Assembly: GCA_047621685.1 (NCBI GenBank)
Contig: JBLHNG010000003.1
Location: 1 to 58,029 of the forward strand
Direction: 5' to 3'
DNA length: 58,029 bases
DNA from: Myxococcota bacterium
GTDB lineage: Bacteria; Myxococcota_A; UBA796
Positions 8,573-16,959 of the stretch are shown in pieces; within the stretch, counting starts at the first letter, position 1; each line of letters opens with the position of its first letter. The position numbers and the translations under genes were made by a program. Below the pieces are notes generated by a model, which was given only the letters and a program-made list of their open reading frames with translations, searched no databases and was not told the DNA's origin.

Positions 8573-10109
8573 GGGGGAACCTCCTGACCGGGAGACTACA
8601 CCGGGGTCGGTATACTCGGGGCTCGTGCTGCTGAAACCCGGAACCACCATCGGCGACTACACCGTCCAGGCGTTCCTGGGCGCTGGCGGCATGGCGAGCG
8701 TCTACCGGGTGGTCCACACCTCTGGCTCGGTGCATGCCCTCAAGGTCCTCCGACAGACCGGTGATGCCGCCGTCCGTGCCGAGAAGATGGGGCGGTTCAT
8801 CGCTGAGGGAGAGATCCAGGCCCGACTGCGCCACCCCCACCTGCTGCCGGTGCTCGCGCTGATCAAGGATCCAGTGGGGCTGGTGATGGAGCTGCTGAGG
8901 GGCGAAGACCTCGGCGCACGGCTGATCCGGGAGGGCGCCCAGCCGCCGCTGCTGGCGGTTGGGTGGATCCAGCAGATCCTCTCCGCGCTTGCCCTCGTCC
9001 ACAGCCACGACATCGTCCACCGGGACCTCAAGCCGGGCAACATCTTCCTGGAGCGCCTCGCTGATGGCACCGATCAGGTCCGGGTGATGGACTTCGGTCT
9101 GGCGCGGGTGCTGGGGCTGTCGCAGACCCGCACCGGGGCGATCATCGGCTCGCTCTGCTACCTGTCCCCCGAGCAGATCACCGACAACCTCACCGTCGAT
9201 CACCGGGCGGACCTGTTCACCATCGGCGCGCTGCTGTTCGAGCTGCTCACCGGCACCCAGGCCTTCGTCGCGGAGAGCGAGTTCTCGGTCATGGAGCGCA
9301 TCCGCTCTGGCAGCCAGACCCCGGTAGCCGCGATCAACCCCGACATCCCCGACTCGCTCTGCGAGGTGGTCCGGCGCGCGCTGCGTCCCGACCCCGACGA
9401 TCGCTACCCCGATGCCGCCGCCTTCTCTGCGGCCCTCCAGACCACCATCGATGCCGGGGACGTGCCGCAGCAGGTCTCTCATCGCATCCACAACGCCCAG
9501 GAGGCCCTGCTGCGCAAGACGGTGCGGGCCCGGCTGGAGAAGTCGCTGTCAAAGCTGAGCCGCCGACGGGGTGGGATCGCGGGTCTCCCAGAGCTGCCCC
9601 CGCTCCTCCGGGTCTTCACCCTCGCGGGTCGCCTGGAGGCGATGTCCCTGCCCGCGCTCCAGGACGCCGCACAGAGCCTGCCTGACCTCATCGGCGCAGC
9701 CCGGCAGGCGATCCAGGACTGGGAGATCGAGACGGGGCTGCGAATTGATGCCTTCCAGGCGGCCCGGTATGCCCTCCGAGACGCCCAGGTCGCCAACCAG
9801 CCCGACGCCATCGCGGCTGAGGTCGGCGGCGGTCTGGGCGCGCGGTGGCGGTGGCGTCGGGTCGCTCAGGTTCGCTGGGAGGCCGAGGGGGCCGCCGCAC
9901 AGGCTCTCTCCAGGGTCCTCACCACCCTGCCCGAGCTCCCCGAGACTCACCCCCTCACTGCTCCCACACTCCGCCGCCGACAGCGCGCCGAGGATGCCCT
10001 TGTCCGCGCGCGGCATTGCTATCCCCCGCCGCCCCTGTCGATGTGGATGGCGGTGGTGCTTGGGGTGCTGCTTGGGCTGCTGGGGACGGTTGTTTGGGTG
10101 GTTTTGTGA
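8553..10109 (+). CDS. Ser/Thr protein kinase, C-terminally membrane-anchored
   Basis: Intact GAGGMASV, ALKVL, HRDLKPGN, DFGLAR and SPE motifs. Terminal TM segment MWMAVVLGVLLGLLGTVVWVVL. The start is ambiguous among GTG 8553, ATG 8559 and GTG 8625. Confidence 0.9.
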   Translation: MGMSSSKGEPPDRETTPGSVYSGLVLLKPGTTIGDYTVQAFLGAGGMASVYRVVHTSGSVHALKVLRQTGDAAVRAEKMGRFIAEGEIQARLRHPHLLPVLALIKDPVGLVMELLRGEDLGARLIREGAQPPLLAVGWIQQILSALALVHSHDIVHRDLKPGNIFLERLADGTDQVRVMDFGLARVLGLSQTRTGAIIGSLCYLSPEQITDNLTVDHRADLFTIGALLFELLTGTQAFVAESEFSVMERIRSGSQTPVAAINPDIPDSLCEVVRRALRPDPDDRYPDAAAFSAALQTTIDAGDVPQQVSHRIHNAQEALLRKTVRARLEKSLSKLSRRRGGIAGLPELPPLLRVFTLAGRLEAMSLPALQDAAQSLPDLIGAARQAIQDWEIETGLRIDAFQAARYALRDAQVANQPDAIAAEVGGGLGARWRWRRVAQVRWEAEGAAAQALSRVLTTLPELPETHPLTAPTLRRRQRAEDALVRARHCYPPPPLSMWMAVVLGVLLGLLGTVVWVVL

Positions 10110-10125
10110 CGGGAGCGCGGAGAGA

Positions 10126-10588
10126 GTGCAGCCCCCCTTGAGCGCAGCGCCACAAGCAGGTCTGAGCGAAGCGAGTGGCTGCGGTGGTGCGGAGTGGCCA
10201 GGAAAAGCATGGCGCCAACGTTGAGTGACCTCAGCTCTCCGGTGAGAGAGCACCCTTCGGGGTCGAACGCCACGACGCTGCGCAGCCAGGGGCAAGCAGT
10301 GCAGGTAGGCAACATCTAGACCTGCGACGGGAGAATCGTCAGAGTGTGGCGGTGCTCTCGATGCGGGCTCTCCCATGCTCCAGCGATGCGAGAATCGTGG
10401 GTATTGATGTTGCCTACCTGCACTGCTCGCCTCTGGCTGCGCAGCGTCGGGGCGATGGGATGACGGCGGGTGCTCGTCTCAGGTTTTAGTTGAGGCTATT
10501 CGTCGTCTCACCGGCGCTTTTTCTGGCCACTTCGCACCAACGCAGGCCATTCGCTTCGCTCAGACCGGCTCATGGCGCTGCGCTCAAG
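10126..10588. repeat. about 190-bp imperfect inverted repeat pair (arms 10126-10316 and 10406-10588) around a roughly 90-bp spacer
   Basis: By-eye alignment of the left arm (gtgcagccccccttgagcgcagcgcc...gcagtgcaggtaggcaacatc) with the reverse complement of the right arm. The outer roughly 85 nt and inner roughly 45 nt match with few mismatches. Confidence 0.8.
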
Positions 10589-10700
10589 GGGGCTGCACTC
10601 CTTGCGTTTCGCTGCGCTCACCTCCAGTCCCCGCCCCCTGTGACCCCCACCCAGACACCCGCTCACTCACCACCATCCGCAGGCTCAACGGACCGTCCTG
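10575..10700 (+). repeat. dispersed intergenic repeat, family B copy 1
   Basis: Shares tccccgccccctgt...cacccgctcac...ccgcaggctcaacggaccgtcctg with 25418-25557 (reverse) and 53855-53970. Confidence 0.6.
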
Positions 10701-10769
10701 AACCGCAACGAGCGCCGCATCCGCCCCAGCCCTGAGCACAGGGTCATCAACGCGATATCTTCCCAGACC

Positions 10770-11702
10770 ATGCTCTCCGCCCTCTTGATCGTCCTCGGCA
10801 TCGCTGGCGTGCTGCTCGGCAGCGACGTCGCCATCTCCGCTGCCATCCGACTCGCTCGACGCATCGGGGTCCCGCCGCTGCTCGTCGGCCTGACCCTCAC
10901 CTCCATCGGCACCTCCCTCCCTGAGATCGCCACCAACGTCGCCGCCGGGATGTCCTCCCGGGCCGGCATCGACGCCAGCGGACTCCTGGTGGGCAACATC
11001 ATCGGAAGCTGCCTGTCGCAGATCACCCTGCTGCTCGGCATCGTTGGTCTGGCCGCCTCAATGCGCCGGCCAGACCACTTCCGCCGCGATGGCGCGATGA
11101 TGCTCGTCGCCGCCGCTGCAATGTTCGCGGTGTGTGCGGACGGGGTGGCAAAGCCCATTGAGGCCGTGGTGCTGCTCTCGCTGTACGCCGGCTACCTGTT
11201 TGTCCTGGTTCGTGGCACCCCGATGGAGAGTCCCGAGGAGAACCCTGAGGGCAGCCTCTTCAAGGAGCTGGCGCTGGCGATGGGCGGGCTGATGGTGGTG
11301 GTGCTCTGTGCAAACCTCGTCGTCGAGCAGGCCATCGATCTCGCCAGACTTCTGGAGCTTCCCGAGGTCGTCATCGGGCTGATCCTTGGTCTCGGAACAG
11401 GCATCCCGGAGCTGACCGTCGCCCTACAGGCAGCGCGCAAGGGCTCGACCGACCTGGGGCTGGGCAACCTCATCGGCAGCAACATCACCGACCCGCTGCT
11501 CAGCTTCTCTGCCGGGGTCATGCTCCACGAGGTCACCGTGCCCGCCGCAGTGCTGTGGTTCGACTTTCCGGTGTGGCTCGGCGCCTCTGGCCTCGCGCTG
11601 TGGTTCATCCACTCCCGCAGCAAGCTCTCCCGGCTCGAATCCGGGCTGCTGATCGCGGTGTTCCTCAGCTACGTCACCGTGCGGACAGTGCTGATCGGCT
11701 GA
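10770..11702 (+). CDS. Na+/Ca2+ exchanger family (CaCA, YrbG-like) membrane protein
   Basis: Two alpha-repeat signatures, GTSLPEIATNV and GTGIPELTVAL. About 10 hydrophobic segments. Confidence 0.85.
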   Translation: MLSALLIVLGIAGVLLGSDVAISAAIRLARRIGVPPLLVGLTLTSIGTSLPEIATNVAAGMSSRAGIDASGLLVGNIIGSCLSQITLLLGIVGLAASMRRPDHFRRDGAMMLVAAAAMFAVCADGVAKPIEAVVLLSLYAGYLFVLVRGTPMESPEENPEGSLFKELALAMGGLMVVVLCANLVVEQAIDLARLLELPEVVIGLILGLGTGIPELTVALQAARKGSTDLGLGNLIGSNITDPLLSFSAGVMLHEVTVPAAVLWFDFPVWLGASGLALWFIHSRSKLSRLESGLLIAVFLSYVTVRTVLIG

Positions 11703-11792
11703 GGAGATCCCACACCTCACCGTGTGAGATCCCCCGATCCTGGCCGCTCATTCGCCGACAATCCAGGCGCGGTTCTTGCACTTTTCCCCGAC

Positions 11793-12263
11793 ATGCTTCT
11801 GCTGATGCTGGCCTGCACCTCACCGACCCCCGACACCGGCACCCCACCCACAATCGACACTCCAGAGCACAGCGAGTGCCTGCCGGAAGGCGAGTCCTTC
11901 AGCGATGCGGTCTGTCAGGCGGTCGTGGACGACGCTGGACGGCAGCCGACGGTCAGCGAGAACAAGTCTGGCATGGAAGCGGACTGGAGCGACCCTCGAC
12001 TCAACGACCCGGAGTACCGCTGGCTGGAGAGCGAGATCAACCGGTGCGCCTGCCGCTGCTGCCACACCACGACGTTTGGTGGGGCGGGGGTCTACTTCTG
12101 GGACATGGAGCACCAGCCAGTCTGGATCGACAGCGCCAGCGGCTGGTCCCTCTCCGTCTTCAGCGGCCGGACCGAGGAGGAGGCCCAGACGCTTCCCACC
12201 GACGACATCGAGCGGCTCCGGGCGCTGATCGAGTTCGAGATGGACCGCAGACAGGAGGAGTGA
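11793..12263 (+). CDS. lipoprotein, unknown function, with CxCxCCH cluster
   Basis: Trimmed to ATG 11793. Lipobox MLLLMLAC. Cys cluster NRCACRCCH. Confidence 0.65.
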   Translation: MLLLMLACTSPTPDTGTPPTIDTPEHSECLPEGESFSDAVCQAVVDDAGRQPTVSENKSGMEADWSDPRLNDPEYRWLESEINRCACRCCHTTTFGGAGVYFWDMEHQPVWIDSASGWSLSVFSGRTEEEAQTLPTDDIERLRALIEFEMDRRQEE

Positions 12264-12264
12264 G

Positions 12265-13098
12265 CTACCACTCCACCGGGTTGGTGGTCGCGCCGTACCA
12301 GGACATCTCATCGTCCTTCGTCAGCACGGAGGCTTCGGCGGTGGTCGGAGAGATTGTGATCGTCTCGCCCCAGGAGTTGAAGCCGAGCAGCTCGCCCTCG
12401 TTGTAGCCCAGGCCGAAGATCTTCGAGTAGCCGGTGTCGCCGATCCAGGTGGTCTGACCAGTCAGCGGATCGACCTTGACGAGGCCGTCGAGGTCACCAG
12501 AATCAACAGTCCAGTACAGGTAGCCATCGGGGAGGCCGACGAGGTCGCCGGAGGTCTCGTAGTTGCCCTCGGTGACCAGCTCGGTGACCCGGCAGTTGGT
12601 GATGTTGATGATGTTCACCCCATCATCCCCGCCCGCGATCAGCTCATTGTCGGAGGTGAAGGTCAGGGCGACCATGCCGGCGTCTGGGGAGCAGATCGCG
12701 GTGACTGCGGCGGTGGAGGGATCGATGCGGTACAGCGCGTCGAACGTGCCGCCGTACATCTTGCCCTCCAGGTCGATGGCGATGTCCACAAACGAGGACA
12801 GCTCTGCGCCATCCTTGCTGCTGAAGACGCCGATCAGGGTGCGCTCCCCGGTGGCTGGCTCGACCTCGAAGAGCTGGGTGCCGGTGTGGGCGTAGACCGG
12901 GGCCGCTGCGGGGGGCGGCTCCTCGTCGTTGGCCGGCTCGGCGGTGTCCTCAGGCTCCCCGAAGTTCTCAGGCCCTTCGAGAACCGGGATGGTATCTGGA
13001 GCGGCGGTGTCGGGCTCAGCACCCTGGTTGTCAGGCTGTTCGGCCTGAATCCCGTACTCCGAGCAGCCGACGACGGCGAGCAGCAGCAGCATCCGCAT
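12265..13098 (-). CDS. lipoprotein, beta-propeller-like, unknown function
   Basis: Trimmed to ATG 13098. Lipobox MRMLLLLAVVGC. An acidic/Pro linker is followed by a Gly/Asp/Thr-rich beta-type sequence. Confidence 0.7.
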   Translation of the reverse strand: MRMLLLLAVVGCSEYGIQAEQPDNQGAEPDTAAPDTIPVLEGPENFGEPEDTAEPANDEEPPPAAAPVYAHTGTQLFEVEPATGERTLIGVFSSKDGAELSSFVDIAIDLEGKMYGGTFDALYRIDPSTAAVTAICSPDAGMVALTFTSDNELIAGGDDGVNIINITNCRVTELVTEGNYETSGDLVGLPDGYLYWTVDSGDLDGLVKVDPLTGQTTWIGDTGYSKIFGLGYNEGELLGFNSWGETITISPTTAEASVLTKDDEMSWYGATTNPVEW

Positions 13099-13234
13099 CG
13101 CATCCTCCTGACGCTTCCCGGTGACGGTGGCGAAGGCACAGCCGAGGGAAGGATCCGGAGATAACGGACTGAGCAGTCTGTCGCATACTCTGGGCACCAC
13201 CGGGCTGAGATGTCACAGACGAGCCGGTGACTCG

Positions 13235-13465
13235 CTACGCCGTCCGACGTCGGCGGAACAGCCCGGCGAGCCCGAGAAGTCCGAGGGACCATGTCGTCCC
13301 GGATCCACGACAGCCGGAGCCGTCCTTGCCCTCGCCGGTGTCCGAAGGCTCGTCGGAATCGAGCACCCCGGAGTCAACCTCGCCAGAGTCCGTCACCCCG
13401 GTGTCATCACAGCCCTCGTCGGTCTCACCGTCGCCGTCGTTGTCGATGCCGTCACAGTCCTCCAC
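13235..13465 (-). CDS. fragmentary MopE-motif protein with MYXO-CTERM-like sorting tail (possibly a gene remnant)
   Basis: CDGIDNDGDGETDEGC followed by GSGC, then the hydrophobic stretch LGLLGLAGLF, then RRRR at the C-terminus. No signal peptide or convincing start (GTG 13465). Confidence 0.35.
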   Translation of the reverse strand: MEDCDGIDNDGDGETDEGCDDTGVTDSGEVDSGVLDSDEPSDTGEGKDGSGCRGSGTTWSLGLLGLAGLFRRRRTA

Positions 13466-13713
13466 CTCCAGGTCTTCATCCCAGCCACCGCCGCCGCCAT
13501 CACCCCGCTGACCACTCCCACCGAGGCCGGCTGGCTGGTGGGCATGACCGGTCCGGAGGTCGGCGCGGGGGTGGTGCTGAGCGAGGTGTGGAGCGTGATG
13601 GCCGGGGTGTCCGCGCAGGGCAGCTGGCTGGACCTCTCCGGCGATGGTGCCGCTGCGGTGGTGCCGTGGTGGACGGGCAGCGTCGGGGTCGAGCTGTCGT
13701 TCTGAGGATCGGG

Positions 13714-13750
13714 CTCAGCGGGGCTGCCCTCAGCGGGGCTGCCCTCAGCG
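13714..13750. repeat. 15-nt tandem repeat (2.5 copies) carrying three in-frame stop codons
   Basis: ctcagcggggctgcc x2 plus ctcagcg. On the minus strand this reads CGC TGA GGG CAG CCC repeated, in frame with the 13745..16132 gene. Confidence 0.8.
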
Positions 13751-16132
13751 CATCTGCTCGTCGCTGCGCTGCTTCCGACGGTCGGCGATGGTCTCCAGTG
13801 ACTCCGACGGGATCCCGGTGAGCAGGTCGATGGGATCGTGCTCGATGGTGGCGAGGCTGGCGTTGATCTCCCGATCCCAGGTCCGCGAGCCGGTCTGGTA
13901 GGGCGTGGTGGTGAGGAAGTCGGAGCCGGTGTCGATGAGGGTGAGGGTGTCGATGAGGCGCGGGGGGAGGTCGTCGACGAGGGGGGCAGCATCGGCGGAC
14001 CAGTCGCGCAGGGCCTCAGAGCCAGCCATGAACATCCCGGCGACGTCCTCGGGGGTGCCCTGGTTCTGTGCCTCGACCCGTGCCGCGAATTCCCCCCAGT
14101 CCTGGGTCATCGTGTCCTTCCAGCCGATGAGCAGCAGCACGCTGGAGACCCGGGAGCGCCACAGGGTCGCGGTGGGGAAGACCTCAGCGAAGGTGGCGAC
14201 CACCCGACGGAAGCCCTCCGGGGTCATCATGTGGGGGTGGATCTTGTGCAGATACAGGCCATCTTCATCCAGCCGGTCCCGGCACAGCTCGAAGAATTCG
14301 ACCGTTGATAGCTCCAGATACGCCGAGTAGGCCGCCACGCCGTTGAAGATGATGTCGTACTGCTTGCGGCGGGTCAGCAGGTGGTTGCGGCCATCGTTGG
14401 GCACCATGTTGAACCGGGGATGCCGCATGACCCCACGGTTCTCGGTCTCGAAGTAGCGGGCGATGATCGGCTGGACGTCGGAGATGTCGGCGGCTTCCAC
14501 CGCCTTGACTGCCGGGTGCTCGACCACCTGCCCTGAGGTCGCTCCGGTGTCGAAGGCGAGGATGAGCACCTCGGCGGGCTCGGGGTGGAGGAGGGTCGCC
14601 AGCCAGGTGCCGATGGGGCCCGACGAGACGAACTCACCGTTGGCGAACAGCATGCGCTCCCACTGCCCACGCTGATCCACCCAGATCACCGCATCCGACG
14701 TGCTGCGGCCATCCTTGTAGAACTCGACCCGGTGCTCAACGGGGATGTTGAGGAACACCCACGGGGTCAGCCGAGAGGCAATGAACGCCATCGCAGCGAC
14801 CCCCGCGAGGCTGAGCGCGATGCCTGGAACCCGCCGCCGTCCGGGCACACACAGCAGGACAATTCCGAGGACGAGGTTGGTCGCCGCGATTGCATACAGG
14901 GCGTTCTTCGCACCCAGCGCAGGCATCAGGAAGAACCCGGCGACGAAGGATCCCGCGATCCCGCCGACAGTCGAGACGAAGTACACCGCCCCGACCCCGG
15001 CCCCGAGCACCGACAGCCGTCGCACATACAGTCGGTTCCCAAGCGGGAATGTCATGCCGAACAGCAGCCCCGCCGCCCCCAGCGCCACCCCGATCACCAC
15101 GATCTCCCCCCGGGTGATGTAGAGGTCGAGGCTGTTGCGGGCGAAGCCCCAGGCGGTCGTCCAGGTCTCGGTCTGCGAGGAGCGCAGCCAGATGAGCAGC
15201 AGCGGACTGCCAGCGGTGATGCCGCCGAGGGCAACCTGGAGCGCGCCGTACAGCCGCAGCGGGGCAAGTCGGGCCAGCGGACCGGCGTACAGGGCACTGC
15301 CGAGGCCGGTCCCGAGCAGGAACATGGTCAGGACGAGGGAGAAGACGAGGGTGTGGGCGTTTGGATGGAGCAGCGCGATGATGCGGGTCCAGAGGATCTC
15401 GCCAGCGGTCGCAGTGAAGCCCGAGAGGAAGAACGCCGCCAGCAGCCACCGGCTCGCCCCGCCCGTCACCGGCTCTGAGGTGGACTCTGAGAGGTTGCCG
15501 CTCCGACCGATCGGCAGCAGCCACAGCGCCCCCGCCACCGCCGCCGCCGCGAGGTTCATGCTCACCGCGACATGCGCGCTCGCGGTCAGCCCCAGGCGGG
15601 TCATCAGCACGAACCCGGTCAGCGCACAACCTGCCGCCGCGCCGAGGGTGTTGAGTCCATACAGCCGGCCCACGTCGCTGCCGATGCGGTCCTGGCGGCG
15701 CACGAAGAACCGGGAGAGGGTCGGCAGGGTGGCGCCCATGGCGATGGTGGGCGGCAGCAGCAGCAGGCAGCCGAGCGCGAAGCGGACGAGGGTGTGGGCG
15801 AAGAAGCCGACATCCGCGACATCGTGGACCTGGTGGTACAGCGCGGTCACCCCCGACAGCGCTGCGGGAAACGCCAGCCCGTAGCCGGCGATGAACAGCT
15901 CCAGCACCGCATAGACCAGCAGCGGCGACTTCACCGAATCAATGCGCTTCCCGGCCAGCACCGCGCCAATGGCCAGCCCGGCCATGAACACCGTCACCAC
16001 CGTGGTGATCGCGTGGTAGGTCACCCCGAACAAGTACACGAGGTGCTTGATCCAGAGGATCTCGTAGACCAGGGTGGAGGCCCCGGAGAGCAGGAACGCC
16101 GCCAGGAGCAGGAGCCGGGCCAGGGTGGTCAC
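13745..16132 (-). CDS. fused polytopic membrane domain / spermidine-synthase-like aminopropyltransferase family protein
   Basis: The N-terminal roughly 450 aa hold many TM segments (MTTLARLLLLAAFLLSGASTLVYEILW). The C-terminal half has a spermidine-synthase-like Rossmann region (VLILAFDTGATSG, DIIFNG). Confidence 0.85.
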   Translation of the reverse strand: MTTLARLLLLAAFLLSGASTLVYEILWIKHLVYLFGVTYHAITTVVTVFMAGLAIGAVLAGKRIDSVKSPLLVYAVLELFIAGYGLAFPAALSGVTALYHQVHDVADVGFFAHTLVRFALGCLLLLPPTIAMGATLPTLSRFFVRRQDRIGSDVGRLYGLNTLGAAAGCALTGFVLMTRLGLTASAHVAVSMNLAAAAVAGALWLLPIGRSGNLSESTSEPVTGGASRWLLAAFFLSGFTATAGEILWTRIIALLHPNAHTLVFSLVLTMFLLGTGLGSALYAGPLARLAPLRLYGALQVALGGITAGSPLLLIWLRSSQTETWTTAWGFARNSLDLYITRGEIVVIGVALGAAGLLFGMTFPLGNRLYVRRLSVLGAGVGAVYFVSTVGGIAGSFVAGFFLMPALGAKNALYAIAATNLVLGIVLLCVPGRRRVPGIALSLAGVAAMAFIASRLTPWVFLNIPVEHRVEFYKDGRSTSDAVIWVDQRGQWERMLFANGEFVSSGPIGTWLATLLHPEPAEVLILAFDTGATSGQVVEHPAVKAVEAADISDVQPIIARYFETENRGVMRHPRFNMVPNDGRNHLLTRRKQYDIIFNGVAAYSAYLELSTVEFFELCRDRLDEDGLYLHKIHPHMMTPEGFRRVVATFAEVFPTATLWRSRVSSVLLLIGWKDTMTQDWGEFAARVEAQNQGTPEDVAGMFMAGSEALRDWSADAAPLVDDLPPRLIDTLTLIDTGSDFLTTTPYQTGSRTWDREINASLATIEHDPIDLLTGIPSESLETIADRRKQRSDEQMR

Positions 16133-16168
16133 ACTTGATGGTTACCACATCCGCCGCTGTCGATGGGC

Positions 16169-16378
16169 CTACATGTCTCCGTCGTTCATGCAGTGGTCGG
16201 TGCCATCGCCCATCTCATGGCAGATCATCTCTGCCTCTGCGCAGTCCTCGGACTCCACCAGCTCGCCGTCGACGCACTCCATCAGGACTTCGCCGTCGCA
16301 GGTGAACTCGGACTCGGTGCACTCACCACCACAGCCGATCAGCGTAAACAGGGCCATCGCGATCATCGAACCGATCAT
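16169..16378 (-). CDS. small acidic Cys-rich lipoprotein (69 aa)
   Basis: Trimmed to ATG 16378, preceded by GAGGAG 5 nt upstream. Lipobox ALFTLIGC. The mature part has 7 Cys plus HEMGDGTDHCM. Confidence 0.65.
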   Translation of the reverse strand: MIGSMIAMALFTLIGCGGECTESEFTCDGEVLMECVDGELVESEDCAEAEMICHEMGDGTDHCMNDGDM

Positions 16379-16451
16379 GTCATCTCCTCTAAAGATGACA
16401 TCACTGTATCCAGAGATCCCGTCTGGCACCTCCCCTCGCCCATGAGGCACT

Positions 16452-16925
16452 ATGTTGCTCACCATGTACGCCTTCTTCCTCACCGCCGTCGCCCTCGCCC
16501 ATGGCCCCCACGAGGCCCAGACCCACGCCGCCGCCCTCGACGAGCACGCCCGCTACACCCTCCCCGATCCGCTGCCCGAGGACCTCAAAGCGATCCTCAC
16601 CGTCGGACCGGCAGAGCTGATGGGCAGCTACAACCGCCAGACCATTGCATCAGCACTCGAAGCCCTCACCCCGGCTGCCCAGACCTGCTACCAGCTCGGA
16701 CTCGACGACGCAGAGCACCCGGCAGGCACTGGCCGCATCGTCTTCCAGACCACCATGTACGCCAACGGTCTGAAGTCCTCCTTCACCCTCGGCACCAACA
16801 CGCTCCTCCACCCCGAGGTCGAGGACTGTGTGGCCCGGGTGCTCAAGACCGTCGACCTTCCCAAGCCGCTGCGCGGGATCATCACCCTGAGCATCCCGGT
16901 GGAATTCAGCGGGCAGGCAGAGTAG
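16452..16925 (+). CDS. secreted protein with AgmX/PglI-type (TonB_C-like) C-terminal domain
   Basis: Signal peptide MLLTMYAFFLTAVALAHG. C-terminal pattern TCYQLGL...GRIVFQT...VEDCVARVLKTVDLPKP...ITLSIPVEF. Confidence 0.65.
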   Translation: MLLTMYAFFLTAVALAHGPHEAQTHAAALDEHARYTLPDPLPEDLKAILTVGPAELMGSYNRQTIASALEALTPAAQTCYQLGLDDAEHPAGTGRIVFQTTMYANGLKSSFTLGTNTLLHPEVEDCVARVLKTVDLPKPLRGIITLSIPVEFSGQAE

Positions 16926-16959
16926 CACTCCACCGGCTGTGGAAGGACGCCCGGCTGAA

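Noticed and set aside
13393-13992. 199-aa minus-strand ORF spanning the end of the spermidine-synthase-like gene
   Set aside because: It is out of frame with, and overlaps, a well-supported gene. Only its 3' portion (Thr/Pro/Ser-rich) might be a relic linked to the MYXO-CTERM fragment.
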